Origin: Phreatobacter sp. | Lineage (GTDB): Bacteria > Pseudomonadota > Alphaproteobacteria > Rhizobiales > Phreatobacteraceae | NCBI RefSeq assembly: GCF_016793595.1 | Contig: NZ_JAEULY010000016.1 | Coordinates: 1-32,000 of the forward strand | DNA: 32,000 nt | Direction: 5' to 3' | In this document: piece by piece, positions 16,709 to 25,386 of the stretch | Layout of the letters: the number at the start of each line of letters is the position of its first letter | Numbering within the stretch: position 1 is the first letter of the stretch | Program-made: the position numbers and the translations under genes | Notes under the pieces: generated by a model | Told to the model about the DNA's origin: nothing | What the model saw: the letters and a program-made list of their open reading frames with translations, nothing else | The model's database searches: none

Positions 16709-17467
16709 TCAGTCGCGGAACATGCGGGCGTTGCCCGGCTGGTAGCCGGTGGACGGAGTGAGGAAACGACGACGCCGTTCGCGGCCTTCCTCCTCCGCTG
16801 CCGTATGGCGAGCCGCGTCCAGCGCCTGCGCGCGGCCCTGCGCCGCGATGAGGGCCGTGAGATCGGCGATCTGCTGCGATTGCAGGGCGAGAAGCTGGTT
16901 GCCCGCCTGCGCGGCCTGAAGCGCGCCCGTCGCCGACTGACTGGACGTGACCAGGCCGTTCATCGTCGTGCGCGCGCCGTCGATATTGCCGACGACGCCA
17001 GCTTGAACGCGCAGCGCGTCCTCGAACGCGCCGACGCTATCCTCCCAGCGCGCATTGGCGTTGGCGACCATCTGCGCGTGGCTGCCGGTGAGCGCTGCGC
17101 CCCTATAGCGACCATTGAACGCCTGCTGGACGTTCTGCACGTCGTAGGCGATCCGCTGCGCCTCGCCGAGAAGCTGCTGCGTTTGCTGAACCTGCTGTTG
17201 GAGCTGCTGGAGCGAACTGAACGGCAGCGAGGCGAGATTGCGCGCCTCGTTGGTGAGGCTCGTCGCCTGCTGCTGGATTTGCTGAATCTGGTTGTTGATC
17301 TGCTGGAGCGACCGAGCCGCCGTCAGCACATTTTGGGCGTAGTTCGTCGGGTCGTAGACGATCCCGCCGAGCTGGGCGTGGGCCGGGCTCGCTGCGGTGA
17401 TGCCGACCAGGCCGGACGTGGCGATCGCACCGGCCAACACCGCGCGGCGCAAGAGGGTGGTTTTCAT
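16709..17467 (-). CDS. trbJ: Conjugal transfer protein TrbJ (VirB5 family)
   Basis: Signal peptide MKTTLLRRAVLAGAIATSGLVGITAASPAHA and a Q-rich coiled coil. ATG at 17467 with a GAAGGA RBS. Confidence 0.85.
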   Translation of the reverse strand: MKTTLLRRAVLAGAIATSGLVGITAASPAHAQLGGIVYDPTNYAQNVLTAARSLQQINNQIQQIQQQATSLTNEARNLASLPFSSLQQLQQQVQQTQQLLGEAQRIAYDVQNVQQAFNGRYRGAALTGSHAQMVANANARWEDSVGAFEDALRVQAGVVGNIDGARTTMNGLVTSSQSATGALQAAQAGNQLLALQSQQIADLTALIAAQGRAQALDAARHTAAEEEGRERRRRFLTPSTGYQPGNARMFRD

Positions 17468-17480
17468 GGGGTCGTGTCCT

Positions 17481-19952
17481 TCAAGGCAAGGGGGGCTGGC
17501 CGGCATCTTCCCGGCCTGCGGCCAGCGGATCGGGTTGGGGTGCGGGAAGAAGTTCGACCGCCCAGGCGCAACCGCGATGGCGCAGCCATTCGGACGCGAA
17601 GGCGGATGCGCCGTGCGCGTCCACCAGCTCCGCGATCTGGCGCTGATCGGTCTTGGAAGATGCGGCGGCGAAGGCCAGCGCGACCTCGCCCAGCCCCAGC
17701 TCGAACAGGCGGTTGCCGCGCCGCGACTGACAGTAATAATCGCGCTTGGGCGTCGCCCGACTGAGGATTTCGATCTGCCTGGCGTTGAGCCCGAACCGCT
17801 CGTAGATCACCGCGATCTGCGGTTCGACCGCGCGTTCGTTCGGGAGGAATATCCGCGTCGGACAGCTCTCGACGATGGCTGGCGCGATCGTGCTGTCCTC
17901 GATCTGCGCGAGCGATTGGGTGGCGAAGATGACGCTGGCGTTCTTCTTACGCAACGTCACCAGCCATTCCGAAAGCTGCTTGGCGAACGCGGGCGATCCG
18001 AGCGCCAGCCAACCTTCGTCGATGATGATGAGCGTCGGGCTGCCGTCGAGCCGCCCCGCGATGCGGTGGAACAAATAGGACAGGACGGCGGGCGCCGCGC
18101 CGCTTTCCATCAAGCCTTCGGTCTCGAACACTTGAACGGTGGCCTCGCCAAGCCGCTCGGTTTCGGCATCGAGCAGCCGACCCCATGCGCCGCCGACGCA
18201 CCAAGGCGCGAGCGCCTGCTTGAGCTGCTGGCTCTGGAGCAGAACGGCGAGCCCGGTCAGGGTCCGTTCCGTTATCGGCGCGGTGGCGAGCGAGGTCAGC
18301 GCCGACCAGATATGCTCCTTGGCCTGCGGGTCGACGGTCACATTTTCGGATGTGAGGATCGCCGCCAGCCATTCGGCGGCCCAGGCGCGTTCGGCCGGAT
18401 CGTCAATATGGGCGAGCGGCTGGAGCTGAACGTCGTCCCCGGCCTCGTCGGCGAGCATCCCGCCGAGATCCTGCCAGTCGCCGCCCATGCCGATCGCGGC
18501 GGCGCGGATGCTGCCGCCGAAGTCGAAGGCAAAGACCTGCGCGCTCTCGTAGCGGCGGAACTGCATCGCCATCAGTGCGAGCAACACCGATTTGCCGGAG
18601 CCGGTCGGCCCGACGATGAGGGTGTGACCGACATCGCCGACGTGAAGGGAAAACCGGAACGGGGTCGAGCCTTCGGTCTTGCCGTAAAGCAAGGGGGGAG
18701 CGCCGAAATGCTCGTCCCGTTCCGGCCCCGCCCAAACCGCTGACAGGGGGATCAGGTGGGCGAGATTGAGGGTGGAAATCGGAGGCTGACGGACGTTGGC
18801 ATAAGCGTGACCGGGCAGGCTCCCAAGCCACGCCTCGATCGCGTTCATGCCCTCGGGGATCACGGTGAAGTCGCGACCCTGGATGACCTTTTCGACCAGC
18901 CGCAGCTTCTCGGCGGCGATGGCGGGATCGCGGTCCCACACCGTCACGCTGGCGGTGACATAGGCCATGCCGGCGTAGTCGGCGCCCAGCTCCTGCAAGG
19001 CGGTGTCGGCGTCGGCCGCCTTGTTCGAGGCGTCGCTGTCGAGCAGCGTCGATGCCTCGTTGGTCATCACTTCCTTGAGGATCGCTGCAACGCTTTTGCG
19101 CTTGGCGAACCATTGGCGGCGGATGCGGGTCAGCAGCTTCGTCGCATCGGTCTTGTCGAGCATGATCGCGCGGGTGGACCAGCGATACTCGAAGGCGAGC
19201 CGGTTCAGCTCGTCGAGCAGGCCGGGGAATGTGACGCTCGGGAATCCCGTGATCGTCAGCGTCCGTAGATGATGGTCGCCCAGGCGCGGCTCCAGCCCGC
19301 CGGTCAGCGGCTCGTCGGCCAGCAGCGCGTCGAGGTGCATCGGCGTCTCGGGGACGCGCACACGCTGGCGCCGCGTCGAGATCGTCGAATGGAGGTAAGT
19401 CAGCGTCTCGGCGTTATCGAGCCAGCGGACCTCGGGCACGAAGCCTTCGACGAGATTGAGAACGCGGTCGCTGCGATCGGTGAAGCCCTTGAGCAGCTCC
19501 CACGGATCGACGCCGGCTGTGGACCGGCCCTCGTAGAGCCAGCCTTCGGCCCGCGCGGCCTCCTCGGCGGGCGGCATCCACAGCAGCGTCAGATAATAGG
19601 CGCTCTCGAAATGCGCGCCTTCCTCGCGGAACTGTTCGCGCCGTTCCATATCGACCAGCGCCGACACGGGATCGGGGAAATCATCCTCGGGATAATGGAG
19701 CGCGGGACTGCGCTGCGCCTCGACGAAGATCGCCCAGCCCGAACCGAGCCGGCGAAGCGAATTGTTGAGCCGCGAGGTGGTCGCCATCAGCTCGGCCGGC
19801 GTTGCGCTGTCGAGATCGGGGCCGCGGAACCGGGCGGTGCGCTGGAACGAACCGTCCTTGTTGAGCACGACGCCTTCACCGACCAGCGCGGCCCAGGGCA
19901 GGAAGTCGGCGAGATGCGCCGCCTTGTTGCGATATTCGCTGAGGCTCATCAT
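17481..19952 (-). CDS. trbE: Conjugal transfer ATPase TrbE (VirB4 family)
   Basis: 823 aa. Walker A GPTGSGKS, Walker B LIIIDEGW, conserved N-terminus MSLSEYRNKAAHLADFLPW. ATGA overlap with the trbD stop. Confidence 0.95.
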   Translation of the reverse strand: MMSLSEYRNKAAHLADFLPWAALVGEGVVLNKDGSFQRTARFRGPDLDSATPAELMATTSRLNNSLRRLGSGWAIFVEAQRSPALHYPEDDFPDPVSALVDMERREQFREEGAHFESAYYLTLLWMPPAEEAARAEGWLYEGRSTAGVDPWELLKGFTDRSDRVLNLVEGFVPEVRWLDNAETLTYLHSTISTRRQRVRVPETPMHLDALLADEPLTGGLEPRLGDHHLRTLTITGFPSVTFPGLLDELNRLAFEYRWSTRAIMLDKTDATKLLTRIRRQWFAKRKSVAAILKEVMTNEASTLLDSDASNKAADADTALQELGADYAGMAYVTASVTVWDRDPAIAAEKLRLVEKVIQGRDFTVIPEGMNAIEAWLGSLPGHAYANVRQPPISTLNLAHLIPLSAVWAGPERDEHFGAPPLLYGKTEGSTPFRFSLHVGDVGHTLIVGPTGSGKSVLLALMAMQFRRYESAQVFAFDFGGSIRAAAIGMGGDWQDLGGMLADEAGDDVQLQPLAHIDDPAERAWAAEWLAAILTSENVTVDPQAKEHIWSALTSLATAPITERTLTGLAVLLQSQQLKQALAPWCVGGAWGRLLDAETERLGEATVQVFETEGLMESGAAPAVLSYLFHRIAGRLDGSPTLIIIDEGWLALGSPAFAKQLSEWLVTLRKKNASVIFATQSLAQIEDSTIAPAIVESCPTRIFLPNERAVEPQIAVIYERFGLNARQIEILSRATPKRDYYCQSRRGNRLFELGLGEVALAFAAASSKTDQRQIAELVDAHGASAFASEWLRHRGCAWAVELLPAPQPDPLAAGREDAGQPPLP

Positions 19953-20218
19953 GGCTGCATCCAGCTCGGGTAACGGAGGTGGCGGCGGGCAACGTCCACG
20001 AACTGCGGATCACGGCGGGCGGCCCAGACGGACAGGGCGTGGCCGAGCGCCCAAATGACCAGCCCGGCGATCCAGAGGCGCAGGCCGAGGCCGATCGCAC
20101 CCGCCAGCGTCCCATTGACGATGGCGAGCGAGCGCGGGGCGCCGCCGAGCAGGATCGGCTCGGTCAGCGCCCGGTGGACGGGGGCATAGAAGCCCGCGAT
20201 CGGCTCGGCGCTCTCCAT
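19949..20218 (-). CDS. trbD: Conjugal transfer protein TrbD (VirB3 family)
   Basis: 89 aa from the internal ATG at 20218 (MESAEPIAGFYAPVHRALTEPILLGGAP...) with two TM helices. Abuts the trbC stop. Confidence 0.85.
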   Translation of the reverse strand: MESAEPIAGFYAPVHRALTEPILLGGAPRSLAIVNGTLAGAIGLGLRLWIAGLVIWALGHALSVWAARRDPQFVDVARRHLRYPSWMQP

Positions 20219-20550
20219 CAGACCAGCGCCCCGCCGCCGAAGCTGAAGAACGACAGGAAGAAGGAGCTGGCCGCGAACGCGATCGACAGGCCGAACACGA
20301 TCTGGATCAGACGGCGGAAGCCGCCGCTCGTATCGCCGAACGCTAGCGTCAGGCCGGTCACGATGATGATGATGACCGCGACGATTTTCGCCACTGGCCC
20401 CTCGATGGATTCGAGGATGCTTTGCAGCGGGGCTTCCCACGGCATCGACGAACCGCCCGCGTGGGCCGGAACAGAAATGCTCAGTGCGATGACGCTGGCG
20501 GTGGCGGCAAGCATGGCGCGGCGTGCGCCATGCCGAATGGCATGGATCAT
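20218..20550 (-). CDS. trbC: Conjugative pilin precursor TrbC (VirB2 family)
   Basis: 110 aa from the ATG at 20550: signal peptide ending AHA, MPWE motif, two hydrophobic helices. ATGA overlap with the trbB stop. Confidence 0.85.
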   Translation of the reverse strand: MIHAIRHGARRAMLAATASVIALSISVPAHAGGSSMPWEAPLQSILESIEGPVAKIVAVIIIIVTGLTLAFGDTSGGFRRLIQIVFGLSIAFAASSFFLSFFSFGGGALV

Positions 20551-21590
20551 GGCAGGTCTCCGGGTTGGGGGGTGGTCAGCGGCGTGAGGCGGTAATCGCC
20601 GGTCGCGGCGTCGAGCCCTTCGACGCGGGCTAGCTCGGCGAGGCGGCGGCCATGTCCGTCGCGGGCCAGGACGGCGATGATGTCGATGGTCTCGGCCAGC
20701 AGCGCGCGCGGGACCGTCACGACGGCCTCCTGAATGAGCTGTTCCATGCGGCGCAGCGCGCCGAGCGCGGTTCCGGCGTGGATGGTGCCGATCCCGCCGG
20801 GATGTCCGGTGCCCCAGGCTTTGAGGAGGTCGAGCGCCTCGGCGCCGCGCACCTCGCCGATGGGGATGCGATCGGGACGTAGCCGCAGCGAGGACCGGAC
20901 GAGATCGGACAGCGAAACGACGCCATCCTTGGTCCGCATGGCGACGAGGTTGGGCGCGGTGCATTGCAGCTCGCGCGTGTCTTCGATCAGGACGATGCGG
21001 TCGGTGGTCTTGGCGACTTCGGCCAAAAGCGCGTTGACGAGCGTGGTCTTTCCACTGCCGGTCCCGCCCGCGACGAGGATGTTGGCGCGGGCTTCGACAC
21101 CCTGACGCAGCGCTATCGCCGCATCCAGTCGCATGATGCCCGCCGCTGCATAGTGATCGAGCGTAAAGACGGCGACGGCGGGCTTACGGATGGCGAAGGC
21201 CGGCGCGGTGACGACAGGCGGCAACAGCCCCTCGAACCGCTCGCCCCCTTCGGGCAACTCAGCCGAGACGCGCGGAGACCGGGCATGGACCTCGGCACCG
21301 ACATGGTGCGCGACCAGGCGGACGATGCGCTCGCCGTCCACCGCAGTCAGCGACAATCCCGTGTCGCTGATCCCTTCGCCGAGCCGATCCACCCACAGCC
21401 TGCCATCGGGGTTCAGCATCACTTCGATGACGGCGGGGTCGTCCAGCCACGCGGCGATCGACGATCCGAGCGCCGTGCGCAGCATTCGCGCGCCGCGTGA
21501 TCTCGCCTCGGATCGGATCGGATGAACGGTCAACGACTGGCCCCTGCAAAGGACCGGGCGAACCGCCGCCCGGCTGTCGGGGCACATCAA
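20547..21590 (-). CDS. trbB: Conjugal transfer ATPase TrbB (VirB11 family)
   Basis: Walker [10 protein letters not shown], VirB11 His box ([10 protein letters not shown]), MLRTALG...[17 protein letters not shown]-terminus. The start is uncertain: TTG 21590, ATG 21587, TTG 21533 (AGGGG RBS) and ATG 21485 are all possible. Confidence 0.9.
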   Translation of the reverse strand: MMCPDSRAAVRPVLCRGQSLTVHPIRSEARSRGARMLRTALGSSIAAWLDDPAVIEVMLNPDGRLWVDRLGEGISDTGLSLTAVDGERIVRLVAHHVGAEVHARSPRVSAELPEGGERFEGLLPPVVTAPAFAIRKPAVAVFTLDHYAAAGIMRLDAAIALRQGVEARANILVAGGTGSGKTTLVNALLAEVAKTTDRIVLIEDTRELQCTAPNLVAMRTKDGVVSLSDLVRSSLRLRPDRIPIGEVRGAEALDLLKAWGTGHPGGIGTIHAGTALGALRRMEQLIQEAVVTVPRALLAETIDIIAVLARDGHGRRLAELARVEGLDAATGDYRLTPLTTPQPGDLP

Positions 21591-21802
21591 GAGACGCAGA
21601 AATACTCGGGCTGCAACAGCTACTTGTCAGCGTAGTAGAGGGGGCGGCAGATACGCATCCGGCGGCGATGCCACTTAGCGTGCGGTGGCAGCGCGCAAGT
21701 CTCCAAACTTCATCGATTACGAGTCGCACGACGGCCGGATTTTTGAGGCAGGTGAGCCTTTCGGGTAGGGTAATTCGTTTTCCGGCCGCCTACACGTTGG
21801 GT

Positions 21803-22429
21803 ATGACGAAGCGAGGAAGACCTGCCCATCCCGATACGCTCACGCCCGCTGAGTGGCGCGTTGTCGAAGGGGTCCGGCATGGGTTGACTAACCCTGCTAT
21901 CGCTGCCCGGTGCGAATTGACGCTTGATGCGGTGAAGTTTCACGTAAGCAGTGCGTTGAGCAAGCTCAACCTGCGAAGCCGGCTGGAATTACGGCAGTGG
22001 TCGGGGGTACGAGCCGACTCTGCGCTTGTAACGCAGCAAGAAAAGGCGGCAGTGCCCGCGTGGTCGCTCGGGCAAATTGCGCGCGTGACCCGCGACCTAA
22101 GAAAGACTGCGGATTGGCTACGCGATGTCGTCGGTCTGAAAGAGCTTATGCGCTTTGAGGATATGACGTTCTTCGATTGCGGAAATACACGTCTCTACCT
22201 TTCCGTTGGCGATCCGGCTACCAATTCACTGATTTATTTCCGTGTTGGCGACATTCATGCCGAAGTCGAACGTCTTTGCGCGGCGGGAGTGTCCATTAGA
22301 AGCGCGCCTCATCGCATATATGTGCACGACGATGGGACCGAAGAGTGGATGGCATTTTTGGACGATCCAGACGGTGCTGCTTTGGGGCTGATGAGCGTGA
22401 TCGCGTCTACAGAAGGAGGAACACCATGA
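21803..22429 (+). CDS. LuxR/GerE-type HTH fused to a VOC (glyoxalase-like) domain (208 aa)
   Basis: N-terminus LTPAEWRVVEGVRHGLTNPAIAARCELTLDAVKFHVSSALSKLNLRSR (GerE HTH). C-terminus LRDVVGLKE...FFDCGNTRLYL...FLDDPDGAALGLM (VOC). Starts at the internal ATG at 21803 of the track ORF. Confidence 0.7.
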   Translation: MTKRGRPAHPDTLTPAEWRVVEGVRHGLTNPAIAARCELTLDAVKFHVSSALSKLNLRSRLELRQWSGVRADSALVTQQEKAAVPAWSLGQIARVTRDLRKTADWLRDVVGLKELMRFEDMTFFDCGNTRLYLSVGDPATNSLIYFRVGDIHAEVERLCAAGVSIRSAPHRIYVHDDGTEEWMAFLDDPDGAALGLMSVIASTEGGTP

Positions 22430-22878
22430 AAGCCGCTGTGCTAGTCGCCGCCGTTCTCGCCACCATGCCGTCCAATACTCTAGCGCAAACCGCGAAGGCG
22501 CCGGTGCTCACCAACGGCCGGTTTGAGCAAGTGGCTTTGACCGTCGCAGACCTTCCGACAGCGCTGACTTTCTATCGCGATCGGATAGGGCTGCGATTGC
22601 TGTTCGAGGCGAACCAGATGCTCTTTTTTGACGTGTCCGGAACACGGCTGATGATCGCCGCTGATGGAAGGCGGCAAAGGTCCGCGACGCCGACCGGTAT
22701 CCTATACTTTCATGTCGACGACTTCGAGGCTGCTCTGGTCAGATTGCAGGAGTCGGGAGCAAAACTCATCGGTGCCGTCGAGATGGTACAATCGACGCCC
22801 GCTGGAACCCTGCAACTTCAACAATTCGAGGATCCAGATGGCAACATGCTTGCCATCATGGGGTTCTTGGCTCGCTAA
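22426..22878 (+). CDS. Secreted VOC-family protein (150 aa)
   Basis: Signal peptide MKAAVLVAAVLATMPSNTLAQ followed by a VOC module (FYRDRIGLRLLFE ... FEDPDGNMLAIMG). GGAGGA RBS. ATGA overlap with the upstream gene. Confidence 0.7.
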   Translation: MKAAVLVAAVLATMPSNTLAQTAKAPVLTNGRFEQVALTVADLPTALTFYRDRIGLRLLFEANQMLFFDVSGTRLMIAADGRRQRSATPTGILYFHVDDFEAALVRLQESGAKLIGAVEMVQSTPAGTLQLQQFEDPDGNMLAIMGFLAR

Positions 22879-22966
22879 CCCCGTTCCCTCAATAGCGGCA
22901 TCCGCACCGACTTCCCTCGAGCGGCCAAGTGGTATGACACTCTATCGTCGTTGCGGCCTCGCCAAT

Positions 22967-23386
22967 TTACTGATCGGATCGCGTCGGCCACACATCTTCG
23001 GGGATCTCGTCCATCAAGCTCTTCCCGCTGGCAAAGCGCCGTCCAAGCGTTTCGATAAACCCCTCGTAGCGTTTGCGCCCCTTCACCTGCGCCGCCGCCT
23101 GGTCCTCGTCAGGCAGCGGTGGAGTCACCGACAGCCAGAACCGGACAAACAGGCTTAGCGCCTCGGTTGTTAGACCGGTGTTGCGCTCCAATCGCTGCAC
23201 TTGTCGCGACAGCCGGTCGAGCCTGCGAGCGAACGCCGCCTCCATGCGGTCGGCGCCATCGGGCGACAGATAGGACGCCACCGCCGCTTCAACGATCGCG
23301 GAGCGTGAGATGCGACGCCTTATCGCCAGCTCATCAACCTGCTTGGCGAGCGCGGGCGGAAAGTAGACATTGAGCCGGACGCGCAT
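22967..23386 (-). CDS. CopG/ribbon-helix-helix family protein downstream of traG
   Basis: N-terminal RHH (VRLNVYFPPALAKQVDELAIRRRISRSAIVEAAV). This is the conserved position between traG and trbB in this ICE type. Confidence 0.75.
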   Translation of the reverse strand: MRVRLNVYFPPALAKQVDELAIRRRISRSAIVEAAVASYLSPDGADRMEAAFARRLDRLSRQVQRLERNTGLTTEALSLFVRFWLSVTPPLPDEDQAAAQVKGRKRYEGFIETLGRRFASGKSLMDEIPEDVWPTRSDQ

Positions 23387-23395
23387 GATCGCCGC

Positions 23396-25369
23396 CTACA
23401 GCTCGATACCGTCGCCGGGGTCGAGCGAAGCCTGCCGCGCAATGCCCTGCATCCGGCGCCGCACGGCCGCCTGCCGCGCGGCATCGTCGGGTTCGTCGTC
23501 CACGATCGCAAACTCCTGAGCCGGCGGCGGCGAGGTCTCGGGCGCGATGGCGACATGTTCCGGCAGTTCGGGTTCGCGCCGCAATCCACCGTTGGCCGCG
23601 TCCTCTGTCGAACGAACGATCCGCGCCACGGCGGCGGGATCGGCGACGACGGCGCGGCCCGTCCAGTCATCGGGACGCACCGGGCCGGCGTCCGGGGTGG
23701 GCGCGGGCATGATCCGCTCGGCGAACCGTGCGTCGGAGTAGTAGCGAGCCTTCTTCGCCCGGATCGGATGGACGCCCGCTACCATGACGATCTCGTCATT
23801 GGGCGGGAGCTGCATCACCTCGCCCGGCGTGAGGAGTTGGCGGGCGGTCTCTGACCGCGACACCATCAGATGCCCAAGCCAGGGCGAAAGCCTGTGGCCC
23901 GCATAGTTCTTCATCGCCCGCATCTCGGTCGCGGTGCCGAGCGCATCAGACACCCGCTTGGCGGTGCGCTCGTCGTTGGTGGCGAAGCTCACGCGCACAT
24001 GGCAATTGTCGAGGATCGCGTTGTTCGGGCCATAAGCCTTCTCGATCTGGTTGAGAGACTGCGCGATCAGGAATGCCTTGAGACCATAGCCAGCCATGAA
24101 GGCCAGCGCGGACTCGAAGAAGTCGAGACGGCCTAGCGCGGGAAACTCATCGAGCATCAAGAGCACGCGATGGCGGTCGCCGTTCGGCGTCAGCTCCTCG
24201 GTCAACCGGCGACCGATCTGGTTGAGGATGAGCCGGATGAGCGGCTTGGTGCGCGATATGTCGCTGGGCGGCACGACCAGATAGAGCGTCGCCGGCCGAT
24301 CGCCATCGACCAGATCCGATATGCGCCACTGACAGGCGCGCGTGACCTGCGCCACGACCGGATCGCGGTAGAGGCCGAGGAACGACATGGCGGTGGAAAG
24401 CACGCCGGATCGCTCGTTGTCCGACTTGTTCAACAACTCGCGCGCAGCGCTGGCGACGACCGGATGCACGCCGGCTTCGCCCAAGTGTGGCGTCGCCATC
24501 ATCGCGGCCAGCGTCTGTTCGATCGTCCGCGACGGGTCCGAGAGGAATCCCGCAACGCCGGCCAGCGTCTTATCCGGCTCGGCATAGAGGACGTGAAGGA
24601 TCGCGCCGACCAGCAGCGAATGGGAGGTTTTCTCCCAATGGTTTCGGCGCTCCAGCGAGCCTTCGGGATCGACCAGCACGTCGGCGACATTCTGAACGTC
24701 GCGCACTTCCCATTGTCCGCGTCGCACTTCGAGCAACGGATTGTAGGCCGCGGACGCCGCGTTGGTCGGATCGAACAGAAGCACTCGGCCATGCCGGGCG
24801 CGAAAGCCTGCGGTCAGCGTCCAGTTCTCGCCCTTGATGTCGTGGACGATCGCCGATGCGGGCCAGGTCAGCAGCGACGGCACGACGAGGCCGACGCCTT
24901 TGCCGCTCCGCGTCGGGGCGAAGCACAGCACATGCTCCGGCCCGTCATGGCGCAGATAGTCGCGCGCGAGCTTGCCGAGAACGACGCCGTTCGGCCCCAG
25001 CAGCCCGGCGCTGCGAACCTCCCGCTCGGTCGCCCAGCGCGCCGAGCCGTAGGTTTCGGCGTTCTTCAGTTCGCGCGCGCGCCATACCGACATGCCGATG
25101 GCGACCGCGATCGACACGAACCCGCCCGACGCCGCGATGAACGCGCCGGTCTTGAAGATGTCGGGCGCATAGGCGTCGAAGCTGAACCACCACCAGAAGA
25201 ACGCCGGCGGTGGATAGATGCGGTAGCCGAAGGCCATGAACCACGGCGGGCCAAGCTCCGGCTGGTAGGCGAGAGCGGCGGCGGTCCATTGCGTCGCGCC
25301 CCATACGGCGGCGAGGACGATCAGGAACACGGTGATGACCTGACCCCATAATATCTTGGTCGCGGACAT
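23396..25369 (-). CDS. traG: Type IV coupling protein TraG (VirD4 family)
   Basis: 657 aa. N-terminal TM helices, Walker A APTRSGKGVGLVVPS, Walker B LLMLDEFPALG. Confidence 0.95.
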   Translation of the reverse strand: MSATKILWGQVITVFLIVLAAVWGATQWTAAALAYQPELGPPWFMAFGYRIYPPPAFFWWWFSFDAYAPDIFKTGAFIAASGGFVSIAVAIGMSVWRARELKNAETYGSARWATEREVRSAGLLGPNGVVLGKLARDYLRHDGPEHVLCFAPTRSGKGVGLVVPSLLTWPASAIVHDIKGENWTLTAGFRARHGRVLLFDPTNAASAAYNPLLEVRRGQWEVRDVQNVADVLVDPEGSLERRNHWEKTSHSLLVGAILHVLYAEPDKTLAGVAGFLSDPSRTIEQTLAAMMATPHLGEAGVHPVVASAARELLNKSDNERSGVLSTAMSFLGLYRDPVVAQVTRACQWRISDLVDGDRPATLYLVVPPSDISRTKPLIRLILNQIGRRLTEELTPNGDRHRVLLMLDEFPALGRLDFFESALAFMAGYGLKAFLIAQSLNQIEKAYGPNNAILDNCHVRVSFATNDERTAKRVSDALGTATEMRAMKNYAGHRLSPWLGHLMVSRSETARQLLTPGEVMQLPPNDEIVMVAGVHPIRAKKARYYSDARFAERIMPAPTPDAGPVRPDDWTGRAVVADPAAVARIVRSTEDAANGGLRREPELPEHVAIAPETSPPPAQEFAIVDDEPDDAARQAAVRRRMQGIARQASLDPGDGIEL

Positions 25370-25386
25370 GGATTTTCCTTTCGGGG

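Noticed and set aside
16649-17764. Long plus-strand ORF (371 aa) opposite trbJ/trbK/trbE. Similar long antisense ORFs occur at 17397..18743, 19269..19973, 24170..25351, 25963..27252 and 27521..28585.
   Set aside because: They are Arg/Ala/Gly/Pro-rich shadow ORFs, typical of the antisense strand of high-GC genes. Each lies fully inside a well-supported conjugation gene on the other strand and has no recognisable motifs.
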